From an uncultured Planctomycetia bacterium (GTDB lineage: Bacteria; Omnitrophota; Gorgyraeia; 1-14-0-20-64-10), in the NCBI GenBank assembly GCA_964373715.1, contig CAYJVR010000001.1, positions 21,164-85,163 on the forward strand: 64,000 nucleotides of DNA, written 5' to 3'. Below the pieces are notes generated by a model. It did no database searches. It saw nothing but the letters and a program-made list of their open reading frames with translations, and was not told the origin of the DNA. Position numbers and translations under genes: made by a program. This document shows positions 26,536-35,142 of the stretch, piece after piece. Positions within the stretch are counted from its first letter, which is position 1; every line of letters starts with the position of its first letter.

Positions 26536-27090
26536 ATGGATTTGATCCGGCACAGAGGCGGTTTTACCTTGATGGAGATGATGGTGACTATGTCGATCGT
26601 CGTCGGCATTTCAGGAGTGCTTGTGGCGGTTTTTCGGATGAACCAGCAATGCTGGGAGGTGGCTCAGGCCCACCTGTCTGTTTCGATGGAGCTCCGGAGG
26701 GGGATGGACGAGATGAGCCGGGAGTTGACCTCCACGCAGGTGGCCCAGGTGGATATCCCGGCGGACGGTACCTGGTACCCCTCGATCACCTTTTCGGTGC
26801 CGGAGGATGTGGATGGGGACGGAACCGTGCTGGATTCCTCCGGGGCGATGGAGTGGTCGGACTCGATTACCTACTCGTTAGGGGGGGAGACTGAGGAACA
26901 GGCGCTCCGGGAACAGGACGGGGAGTTGGACCGGGTTATCGCCAACGGCGTGACGGAACTTGAGTTTAAAAGAGACGCGGCGACTCCGACTGTGGTCGAA
27001 GTGCGCATCTCGGTTGAAAAGGTTGTTCATACGAAAGACTTTCCTCATACAGCGACCTTGTCAACCCGTGTTCGGCTGAGGAATAACTGA
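26536..27090 (+). CDS. Minor pilin / pseudopilin (GspJ/PilW-like)
   Basis: 184 aa. MDLIRHRGG followed by FTLMEMMVTMSIVVG prepilin signal. Size and position fit a J-type minor pilin. Confidence 0.7.
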   Translation: MDLIRHRGGFTLMEMMVTMSIVVGISGVLVAVFRMNQQCWEVAQAHLSVSMELRRGMDEMSRELTSTQVAQVDIPADGTWYPSITFSVPEDVDGDGTVLDSSGAMEWSDSITYSLGGETEEQALREQDGELDRVIANGVTELEFKRDAATPTVVEVRISVEKVVHTKDFPHTATLSTRVRLRNN

Positions 27091-27127
27091 TTTTGGGTAT
27101 AGTTTTCATAACAAGCGGGGGTGTGCG

Positions 27128-28177
27128 ATGAAAACCGTTTGCGGTAGGCGGACGAAAGAACGGGGCTTCATTCTGCTGACCCTCTCCATGATGCTTCCTG
27201 CCTTTCTCATCTTGGCTGGAGGGGTGATGGCGTATGTGTGGACCGATTCGAGGGCCTCGCAAAGATCCGAAGCCTCCATGCAGGCGCTTTATTTGGCGGA
27301 GGCGGGGGTCGATCAGGCGATATTGGAGCTCACCGATAATTTTGACTGGGCCGGAGGCGAAGGGAATCTCGAGAGAGCGGGGGAATACAGCGTCACTGTG
27401 GAGTCGCTGCCGAACAGCCGGAGGAGAATCCTTTCCCAGGGAACGAGCGATAATCTGGGCGCCCTCGTGGGCCGGACCGTCGAGGTGATTGTGGAGCAGT
27501 ACCCGCCTCCCGATTTCTACGAATACGTCATCTGGGCGGCGCAGGATTTCGACCTTAAGGGCAACTCCTACAGTGTGACCGGCAAGGTCAAGCACGGCGA
27601 CACGTCGCCCACGAACAACACGGGGAATGTGATCGGGCCGATCGTCTACGACCCAAAAGCGAACCCCCTGCCGAAGCTGAGCTATCAAAAGCTCTATGAA
27701 ATGGCGCAGGGGCAGGGGAATGTCTACGATGCCGCCCGGATCGGCAACGGGCACGGCGTTTTCCCGACATCGTTCTGGTACCAGGCGCCAACCGACCCGA
27801 ACGACCCGACCACCGGGATCCCGAACATAAACTACATCACGACCGACTTGGTGCTCAACGGCAATATCGGGACGATCGGGGGATTCTTCGTTGTGGTCGG
27901 CGACGTGATTACGAATCCGTCATCCGTCGAGGATACGACGCTCAACGGAAACGGCCGGGTGGCAGGGGCCATCTATTCCAGGGGGGACTTCCGCGTCAAT
28001 GGGGGAGGAGCCAGGCTGAATGTGGATGGCGGGATCTGGGCGGGCCAGCAGGCCAGGCTGAACGGGAAAGTGACGATGACCTACAACTGGAACTATATGC
28101 ACGCGATCCAAGGGCTGAATCTCGAGCCGGATGTTACGGTGATTTCTTGGAGCGAAAGAGAGAATCAAGCGGAATAG
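27128..28177 (+). CDS. PilX_N / GspK-like minor-pilin tip-complex protein, paralog 1
   Basis: N-terminal ERGFILLTLSMMLPAFLILAGGVMAYVWTDSRASQRSEASMQALYLAEAGVDQAILEL matches the PilX N-terminal domain. Confidence 0.7.
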   Translation: MKTVCGRRTKERGFILLTLSMMLPAFLILAGGVMAYVWTDSRASQRSEASMQALYLAEAGVDQAILELTDNFDWAGGEGNLERAGEYSVTVESLPNSRRRILSQGTSDNLGALVGRTVEVIVEQYPPPDFYEYVIWAAQDFDLKGNSYSVTGKVKHGDTSPTNNTGNVIGPIVYDPKANPLPKLSYQKLYEMAQGQGNVYDAARIGNGHGVFPTSFWYQAPTDPNDPTTGIPNINYITTDLVLNGNIGTIGGFFVVVGDVITNPSSVEDTTLNGNGRVAGAIYSRGDFRVNGGGARLNVDGGIWAGQQARLNGKVTMTYNWNYMHAIQGLNLEPDVTVISWSERENQAE

Positions 28178-28216
28178 GCGGCCGGAGGTTCTTAAGTCCC
28201 GAATGAAAGGAGACCT

Positions 28217-29269
28217 ATGGCTGGAGTATGGATTCGCCTGAAATCACAAAGCGGTTTCATGCTGATCACGATTTACATGATGATTCCGTTGCTGCTTGTG
28301 ATGGTCGGGGCGATTGTGGCCTACGCGTTTTCCGATCTGCACGCCGCCCAGCGGTCGCAGGCGGACATGCAGGCGCTGTACATGGCTGAGGCCGGAATTG
28401 ATGATGCGTTGGTGCAGCTGCGGGACAGTTACAGCTGGACCGGAGGCTCCGGAGTCGGCGCTGGGGGAGAATACTCGGTCACGGTCGAGGATCTCGGCAG
28501 CAGCCGTTTGCGGGTAATGGCTACCGGGATGGCTGACAAACTGCTCGCTGCGGCGGTCAGCCATGCTGTCGAAATCATCGTGGAACAGGCTATCCCGCCG
28601 AATTTCTACGATAACGCGGTTTGGGCTTCGCAGAACCTGGATTTCAAAGGGAACGCGTATTCTGTTGCGGGGGCCGTCCGCCACGGGGATACGACGCCTT
28701 CTTCGACCGGGAACGTCAATGGGTCCGTTACCTACGATCCGGACACCAACCCGTTGCCGCGGCTCGATTTCGAACAGATCTACGAGATTGCGCAGGCGCA
28801 GGGAAATGTCTACGATGCTGCCCGGATTGGCAATGGGCACAATGTTTTTCCGACGTCGTTCTGGTACCAGCAGCCGACCGATCCGACCGACCCGACCACC
28901 GGGGTCCCGAACGTGAACTACATCACGACTGATTTGGTGCTTAACGGCAATATCGGAACGATCGGCGGTTTCTTCGTTGTCGTCGGGGATGTGATTACCG
29001 ATCCCTTCGCTGTCGAGGATACGACGATCAACGGCAACGGACAGGTTGCGGGAGCGATCTATTCCAGGGGGGACTTCCGGGTCACCGGCGGTGGAAATGG
29101 CCTGAACGTCAACGGTAGCGTATGGGCGGGAGACGAAACCCGTTTAAACGGCAAGGTGACAATGACGTACAACTGGGATTACATGCACGCGATAGAGGGG
29201 CTGGGCATCAACCCGGATGTCACCGTTATCTCCTGGCAGGATGGAGGATCGGTCCAAGAGGACGAGTAG
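28217..29269 (+). CDS. PilX_N / GspK-like protein, paralog 2 (recent tandem duplicate of paralog 1)
   Basis: About 70% aa identity to paralog 1. The C-terminal half is nearly identical, and also at the DNA level (for example 27700-27915 versus 28790-29000). Confidence 0.7.
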   Translation: MAGVWIRLKSQSGFMLITIYMMIPLLLVMVGAIVAYAFSDLHAAQRSQADMQALYMAEAGIDDALVQLRDSYSWTGGSGVGAGGEYSVTVEDLGSSRLRVMATGMADKLLAAAVSHAVEIIVEQAIPPNFYDNAVWASQNLDFKGNAYSVAGAVRHGDTTPSSTGNVNGSVTYDPDTNPLPRLDFEQIYEIAQAQGNVYDAARIGNGHNVFPTSFWYQQPTDPTDPTTGVPNVNYITTDLVLNGNIGTIGGFFVVVGDVITDPFAVEDTTINGNGQVAGAIYSRGDFRVTGGGNGLNVNGSVWAGDETRLNGKVTMTYNWDYMHAIEGLGINPDVTVISWQDGGSVQEDE

Positions 29270-29314
29270 CGCTCAAAGAACCCGCCACATAGATTATTTC
29301 GGAGGTGAATCCGG

Positions 29315-30448
29315 GTGTACTCAACGAGGAAAGCCCAAAAAGGGTTTGTTCTGGTCACGATCTACCTGCTGGTCCCGCTGCTGATCATTATGTCGACCAG
29401 CTTGGTCGCTTTCGTGCTCCAGGATATCCGTTCCGCCCAACGGGTTTGGGCGGCCACGGAGGCTTTTTTTCTGGCGGAGGCCGGGATTGACCGGGCTATC
29501 GCGGAGCTCAAAGAGGATGCCGCCTGGACGAGTGGGTTTTCTGAGGAGCCGCTGAACTCGATGGGAACCTACACGGTGACCGTGGAGGATCTCGGCAGCG
29601 GCCGGTTCCGGCTCACGACCGAGGGCAGCAGCGAGCTGCTTTCCGCGCCGGTTGTCAGAACGATCGAAGCGGTTGTGGCGGTGTTTCCGGCCGGCCTGTT
29701 CAATTTCGCCCTCTTCGGCGATGACAGCGTTACGCTGACCGGCAACGCCATGACCGACAGCTATGATTCCTCCGAAGGTTCGTACAATGCGGCGACCGCC
29801 GGTTCCGAAGGAGATGTCGGCACCAACGGGATTGCTGCCGGAAGCATCACGCTGAACGGAAATGCCCGCGTGAAGGGAGATGCGCTGATCGGGTCTGAGG
29901 GGGATCCGGATACCGGCATCACGATGACCGGCAACTCCGTGATCACGGGGATTCAGGGAACCGAGGATGAAGAGAAGGATTTCCCCGAGGTGACGATCCC
30001 TGAGGGGGTTTCCAATGGCGGTTCGTTGAGCGTGTCGGGCAACAAGACCAAGACCTATCCTGCTGGCACCTACTGGTGGTCGAGCATATCGGTTTCCGGC
30101 AACGGTCGGCTGCAGTTTACCGGCCCCGCGGTTGTTTACGTCACCGGCAATGTGAGCATCAGCGGAAACGGGATAAACACCTCAAGCAACCTGCCGACCA
30201 ACCTGCTGATTTTCGTTGCTGGGAACCAGAGCGTCAGCGTTTCGGGCAACGGCAATTTTTACGGCGGGATTTATGCCCCGGACTCCAACGTGCACATTTC
30301 CGGCAACGGCGCTTTTTACGGCGCCGTGATGGGCAAGACAGCGACCAACAACGGCAATGGCGGGGTCCATTACGACACGGCTTTGCGGGACGCCGTTTCC
30401 AGCGATGGTGCCGAAGTCGATATCCTTTCCTGGCGGGATCTTTCCTAA
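29315..30448 (+). CDS. PilX_N-domain protein, paralog 3, with a divergent C-terminus rich in T/SGN repeats (beta-helix-like)
   Basis: GTG start with a GGAGG RBS. N-terminal QKGFVLVTIYLLVPLLIIMSTSLVAFVLQDIRSAQRVWAATEAFFLAEAGIDRAIAEL. C-terminal repeats VTLTGNA / VSGNG / ISGNG. Confidence 0.65.
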   Translation: MYSTRKAQKGFVLVTIYLLVPLLIIMSTSLVAFVLQDIRSAQRVWAATEAFFLAEAGIDRAIAELKEDAAWTSGFSEEPLNSMGTYTVTVEDLGSGRFRLTTEGSSELLSAPVVRTIEAVVAVFPAGLFNFALFGDDSVTLTGNAMTDSYDSSEGSYNAATAGSEGDVGTNGIAAGSITLNGNARVKGDALIGSEGDPDTGITMTGNSVITGIQGTEDEEKDFPEVTIPEGVSNGGSLSVSGNKTKTYPAGTYWWSSISVSGNGRLQFTGPAVVYVTGNVSISGNGINTSSNLPTNLLIFVAGNQSVSVSGNGNFYGGIYAPDSNVHISGNGAFYGAVMGKTATNNGNGGVHYDTALRDAVSSDGAEVDILSWRDLS

Positions 30449-30503
30449 AATACTCCCCTGAAAATTCTCTGAATAAAGTCTAAAGGATTCCGATTATTTC
30501 TGT

Positions 30504-31619
30504 TTGGACTTAGGCCTATTCTGCGGTAGAATTCAGACCAAGGTGCCTAATCCACTTCTAGCGCAGATAAAAGCCTTGCCGACCCGTTGGGCAGGCGTAG
30601 GAAAGTTGGTTCACCGTTCAACAGCCTGCATCGGTTTGGATGTCGGTTCTTTTTCCCTCAAAGCCCTTCTTGTTTCCGGTTCTTCCGCGGTTCCCCGGCT
30701 CAAGCGGATGGCGCTGAAAAGTTTCCCGCCGGGCGCTGATCAGCGGCAAAAGGCCGAGATCATCCGGTCGGTTGTGAATTCGTTGGATGGCGGCCGGGAA
30801 GTTTCACTTGTGACCGGTGTCGGAGGAGTCGGCACGGTACTCAGGTCTGTTTCCCTCCCTGAAATGTCCGAAAAGGAGCTGAAAGCGGCCTTCTCTTTTG
30901 AGGCGGAAAAATATATACCGTTCAAACTGGAGGAGACCTTCTTTGATTCGTGCATTCTAGGGAAGCGGCCGGGTGGGCGCATGGAGGTATTGGTAGCGGC
31001 GGCCAGGAAGGAGCTGGTCAACGCCCATTTGGAATTGTTGTCTGCCGCGGGGGTTACCCCTCATATTGTGGATTTGGAGTCTTTGACGTTGGGCAACGCA
31101 TGGGGGTTTTGCCGCCCGGAAGCCGTCGGGGAATCGATGGTGACGGCCCTTTTGCACGTGGGGGCCAGAGGGACCATCCTGGATTTCTTTGAGGGGTCTC
31201 AGCTGCAGTTTACCCGTGAGATTCCGATCGGAGGGGATTCTTTCACGAAGACGATTGCCGAGAGTCTTCGGCTAAATTCTGCTGAGGCGGAAAAGGTAAA
31301 ATGCCAGCAGGGAGACCGGGCGCCGGAGGTTCGCGCTGCGCTGGAATCTTTGTGGGAAGATTGGCTTGCCCAATGCCGCGTGTCGTTTGATTTCTTTGAG
31401 AACCAGTTTGGCCGCAAGGTAGAGCGGCTTGTGCTCAGCGGCGGGTCTGCCCGGCTTATCGGTTTTAAAGACAAGATACTCCATTCCGTTGGTTTACCCA
31501 CCGATGAATGGAATCCTACAGCCGGGTTTTTATCCGATGTAGATCAGCAGGAACTGGTTTCCGCCGGGTCTTCGCTGGCGGTGGCGGTTGGTTTAGCAAT
31601 TCGTGGAGTTGCCAAATGA
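30504..31619 (+). CDS. pilM: Type IV pilus assembly protein PilM (actin-like)
   Basis: IGLDVGSFSLKALLV ASKHA-fold N-terminus. The true start is probably a non-ATG codon near 30606. Confidence 0.85.
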   Translation: MDLGLFCGRIQTKVPNPLLAQIKALPTRWAGVGKLVHRSTACIGLDVGSFSLKALLVSGSSAVPRLKRMALKSFPPGADQRQKAEIIRSVVNSLDGGREVSLVTGVGGVGTVLRSVSLPEMSEKELKAAFSFEAEKYIPFKLEETFFDSCILGKRPGGRMEVLVAAARKELVNAHLELLSAAGVTPHIVDLESLTLGNAWGFCRPEAVGESMVTALLHVGARGTILDFFEGSQLQFTREIPIGGDSFTKTIAESLRLNSAEAEKVKCQQGDRAPEVRAALESLWEDWLAQCRVSFDFFENQFGRKVERLVLSGGSARLIGFKDKILHSVGLPTDEWNPTAGFLSDVDQQELVSAGSSLAVAVGLAIRGVAK

Positions 31620-31641
31620 GGAGTTTCTTTCGAGGCCGCGC

Positions 31642-32442
31642 ATGATTCGGATCAATCTGCTGCCGTCCGGTGTCCGCAAGTCAAGATCCCCCCTTCGAGT
31701 CAGCGTTCCTTGGTTGGAGATTCTTATCCTCATCGTTGCGGTTACGGCTGTTTATTCGGGATGGATTCTGGTTTCTTCCCAGGTTCAAGGAAGGAAACTC
31801 AAGAGGTTGACGGACCAATGGGAGAAGATGAAATCCGAACGGACGAAGGTTGAAACAACGGAAGCGGCTCTGCGTGCTTTTGAGAACAGGGAAGCGATCC
31901 TTAAAGAGATTAAATCGCCTCAGTCCCAGTGGGCGCCTCGCCTGAATATCCTGGCGGATTCCATCGTTGCAAAACTTTGGTTTACTTCACTGGAATATAA
32001 GCCTGAAGAGGCTTCTGACGAAGATGCAGAGGGAGGGAAGAAGAAGCGGGTTAAGCGCAAGAGTGGGGACAAAGCAGGGGAGTCGCCCCAGGCCAGTAAG
32101 AAGGCTGAGTCAAAGAAAAAGAAGAAGAAAGAATCTTCCAAAAGATCGGGTAAAGAATCCGCGGGCAAAGAGGGAAAGTCAAAAAAACCTTCGTCCCGGC
32201 AGGGCCAAGGGCAGGCGGTAGCCAGCGTCCCGCCTCCCGCGCTTATCTTAAAGGGCGCCTCTTTTGTGGCCGAGCAGGGAAATGGAGCGGCCGTTAACAG
32301 GTACATCCAGAATCTGGAGCAGCACCCCGATTTTAAGCTCCTCTTTAAAGGACTGAAATTGAAAACAATCGAACATCGGCAGATCCAAAAGGAGGAGGTT
32401 TCCGATTTTACTCTTGAGCTGTATCTCAAAGGCGGCAAATGA
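31642..32442 (+). CDS. pilN: Type IV pilus assembly protein PilN, with a lysine-rich low-complexity insertion
   Basis: MIRINLLP N-terminal PilN motif plus a TM helix. There is an about 65-aa K/S/E-rich insert (nt about 32005-32205). Confidence 0.8.
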   Translation: MIRINLLPSGVRKSRSPLRVSVPWLEILILIVAVTAVYSGWILVSSQVQGRKLKRLTDQWEKMKSERTKVETTEAALRAFENREAILKEIKSPQSQWAPRLNILADSIVAKLWFTSLEYKPEEASDEDAEGGKKKRVKRKSGDKAGESPQASKKAESKKKKKKESSKRSGKESAGKEGKSKKPSSRQGQGQAVASVPPPALILKGASFVAEQGNGAAVNRYIQNLEQHPDFKLLFKGLKLKTIEHRQIQKEEVSDFTLELYLKGGK

Positions 32443-33035
32443 TGCTTAATCTGAAGCTTCCTTTGCTCGAGGGGAAAGAGTGGAAAGCGATCGTTGCCGG
32501 CGCGGGGATTGTGGTGGGGCTGTTTGTCTGGTTGCAGCTCTTCATCATCCCGCAGCGCAGCAGTTTAATGGACAGCTGTTCTCGAAATAAAACGATTGTG
32601 AAAGATATGGCCCTTCTTAAGGAGAAGATTGCCAAGTTTCCGGAGATGGAGAAACAGTTGATCCAGTTGGCGGGCCAGTACGACCCCCGGATGGTAACGA
32701 CCCCTCCGGAGAAGCAGCTGCCTGAGATTCTCGAAGTGATTGCTCAGGCCGCGAAAGCATCGGATGTCCGCCTGCTGGGCGCGAAGCCGAGGATGGAGAT
32801 CAGCGATCTTTCTCCCGGCTCATCCGGTTTCTTGGAGCTTCCTGTTCAAGTGGATGCCTCCGGAGGGTATCATCAATTGGGTCTTTTCTTGGATTCTTTG
32901 GAGAGTTCGAGGATGCTTGTGCGTGTGCATGAGTTAAAGATACAGACCAACCCGGAAGATATATGGCATCATCAGGCAACATTCGTTCTCTGGACCTATC
33001 TGTTCCCTGTAGTAGGAGACCAGTCAAAATCGTGA
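32439..33035 (+). CDS. pilO: Type IV pilus assembly protein PilO
   Basis: 198 aa, N-terminal TM and coiled coil. ATGA overlap with pilN. Sits in the pilMNOPQ order. Confidence 0.8.
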   Translation: MMLNLKLPLLEGKEWKAIVAGAGIVVGLFVWLQLFIIPQRSSLMDSCSRNKTIVKDMALLKEKIAKFPEMEKQLIQLAGQYDPRMVTTPPEKQLPEILEVIAQAAKASDVRLLGAKPRMEISDLSPGSSGFLELPVQVDASGGYHQLGLFLDSLESSRMLVRVHELKIQTNPEDIWHHQATFVLWTYLFPVVGDQSKS

Positions 33036-33418
33036 GGAGAGTTCTTGCTGCGGCACTAGTTTTTTGCTCGTGCGCAGGTTTTCTGTCTGTTCAGCCGGCG
33101 TTCGCAGAATACCTCCCGAAAGGGAAAAGGGATCCGTTTGTCCTTTTGATTACCCCGGATGGGCAGAAGGTTTATCCCCCCGGTTTGGATGAGGAAGTGG
33201 CCGCCAGGGTGGACAGCTTCGCTCTTCAGGGGATTGTTTTTGATCCGAACGGAGATTCTTTTGCTGTGATCAACGGCGAGGTTGTCCATGAAGATGACGA
33301 GCTGGATGGGATAATAATCTTGAAGATAGACCCGGACATGGTGACGGTGCTGGTGGACGGCAAAGAAGACCAGCTTACCCTCAGCCAGCCAATAAAGGAG
33401 AATGAGACAGAGCCATGA
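33032..33418 (+). CDS. pilP: Type IV pilus assembly protein PilP (signal-peptide/lipoprotein-like)
   Basis: GTG start overlapping the pilO stop. Signal peptide VRRVLAAALVFCSCAGF, then a PilP-like beta domain. Confidence 0.65.
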   Translation: MRRVLAAALVFCSCAGFLSVQPAFAEYLPKGKRDPFVLLITPDGQKVYPPGLDEEVAARVDSFALQGIVFDPNGDSFAVINGEVVHEDDELDGIIILKIDPDMVTVLVDGKEDQLTLSQPIKENETEP

Positions 33419-35112
33419 GGTCAAACCTTGGTTGGAGAACGACAGTGTTTTTCGTGTGCGGTGCGGTGATTCTCGTGCAGGTCGAGCCGTTTGTCCGGAT
33501 GGCGGACGCCGACTCTGAAACGAACCAGCATGAGAGATCCAAGGTGGCCTCGTTAAGCCTGCAGGCTTCTGATGGAACTCCGGTTCCGGATAACCTGATA
33601 ACGCTTGATTTTAAGGAAGCGGACGTCCAGGTAGTCCTTCAAGCTTTGGCTAAAAAAGCGAGTATAAATATCGTCACGGCGTCCGATGTCACAGGGGCTG
33701 TCAGTCTTCACCTGAAGGATGTCACGCTGGAACAGGCGCTCGATACGATCGCCAAGACCTATGGTTTCGGCTATGAGAAGGACGGCAACGTGGTGCTGGT
33801 TTCCACCTTGGAAGAGTTAAAGGCGCGGCGTGAAACGATGAAGGACCTGGTGGAGATTGAGCCGGTGGTCACCAAAATCATTGAGCTCAGGTACATTGAC
33901 GCCGCCGACGCGCAGGATTTTCTTGAGCCTCAGCTGACCGCCCGCGGGCGAATTTCCGTCTTGGAAATAACCGGGCAAAAGGGATGGGCTTTCGGGACGG
34001 CCAAGCTGGGTAAGACCACGGATGACAAGCAGCGTAAACGGATACAGAGGGAGTCGGCCCGGTCCAAGGTGATTGTGATTACCGACACCCCGACGACCAT
34101 TGACCGTTTGGAGAGGATTTTGGCGAAGGTGGATGTCCTTCCGAAACAGATCCTCATCGAAACGCGCGTGATGGAGGTCAGCCGGGATTTGCTGCGCGAT
34201 ATTGATTTGGGCGCTGTGACCGGAGCAACCGCGGGAAGTTCTACGCTCACCGTGAGCAACCAGCCCGCCGCTAAGCAGGGCGGCACCTCAATCTCTGAAT
34301 TTGCGGGGACCCTTCTGCAGAGTTCCTTCACCCCGTCGACCTTTAACCCCGCCACGACAGGGCTGACCGCCGCGACGGCCGGGGCGCAGGTTTTCTTTCA
34401 GCAGTTGCGCGGGACGCAATTCTCCGCTTTGCTCCGGCTCTTAGAAGAGGATGTGCGCACAAACACGCTTTCCGCGCCGAATATCCTGACTCTTTCGGGC
34501 CAGGAAGCGAGAATCTTGGTCGGAGAGAAATACCCGATCCTAAAGACAGAAGTCGCCGGAACCTCGACGACGACCACCACGACAAGCCTGGATTACTACC
34601 AGAACATCGGTATTGAATTGTTCGTGGTTCCTTCGATAGGCGGTGAGGAACATGTGAGCATGCTGGTCCATCCGATTATTTCCACACGGGTCGGAACGGT
34701 CGGGACGAACGCTTACCCCATCATCAACACCCGTGAGGCTGAGACCCAGGTTGTCCTCGAGAAGGGGGATACGATCGTGATCGGCGGGTTGCTCAAGGAT
34801 CTCAAGGCCAAGTCAAGGATCGGGTTGCCCTTTCTTGGCAAGTTACCTCTTATAGGGCCTTTGTTTGCCCGTACCACGGAGGATATCGCTAAAATAGATT
34901 TGTTGATCTTCATAACGGCCAGAGTGATTGAGCCCGGAATGCTTTCTCCCGAAGAGATGGTGAGGCTGCAGCAGCAGTACCAGGAGTTTGTACATGAGCG
35001 GTTGAGCAGGAAAGGTAAACGGCGCCGTTCTGCGCCGGTTGCCTCGGGCGTTGCTTCGTCGGCAGCCACTCCTGTGTCGGGCAATAAGGGAGTTCTTTAC
35101 CAGAAGCCCTAA
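33415..35112 (+). CDS. pilQ: Type IV pilus secretin PilQ
   Basis: 565 aa. Signal peptide, N0/secretin_N-like domains, and a C-terminal secretin domain (VVLEKGDTIVIGGLLKDLKAKSRIGLPFLGKLPLIGPLF). Confidence 0.85.
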   Translation: MRSNLGWRTTVFFVCGAVILVQVEPFVRMADADSETNQHERSKVASLSLQASDGTPVPDNLITLDFKEADVQVVLQALAKKASINIVTASDVTGAVSLHLKDVTLEQALDTIAKTYGFGYEKDGNVVLVSTLEELKARRETMKDLVEIEPVVTKIIELRYIDAADAQDFLEPQLTARGRISVLEITGQKGWAFGTAKLGKTTDDKQRKRIQRESARSKVIVITDTPTTIDRLERILAKVDVLPKQILIETRVMEVSRDLLRDIDLGAVTGATAGSSTLTVSNQPAAKQGGTSISEFAGTLLQSSFTPSTFNPATTGLTAATAGAQVFFQQLRGTQFSALLRLLEEDVRTNTLSAPNILTLSGQEARILVGEKYPILKTEVAGTSTTTTTTSLDYYQNIGIELFVVPSIGGEEHVSMLVHPIISTRVGTVGTNAYPIINTREAETQVVLEKGDTIVIGGLLKDLKAKSRIGLPFLGKLPLIGPLFARTTEDIAKIDLLIFITARVIEPGMLSPEEMVRLQQQYQEFVHERLSRKGKRRRSAPVASGVASSAATPVSGNKGVLYQKP

Positions 35113-35142
35113 CTCTGGCTGATTGTCTAGCCGGTTGTTCCC

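Noticed and set aside
26966-27754. 262-aa minus-strand ORF spanning the minor-pilin and PilX boundary
   Set aside because: Antisense to two well-supported + strand genes. No domains.
30504-30605. Roughly 34-aa N-terminal extension of PilM from ATG 30504
   Set aside because: The conserved PilM N-terminus (IGLDVGS) starts near 30630. The extension is probably not translated and the real start is likely a TTG near 30606. The feature is reported with this caveat rather than split.
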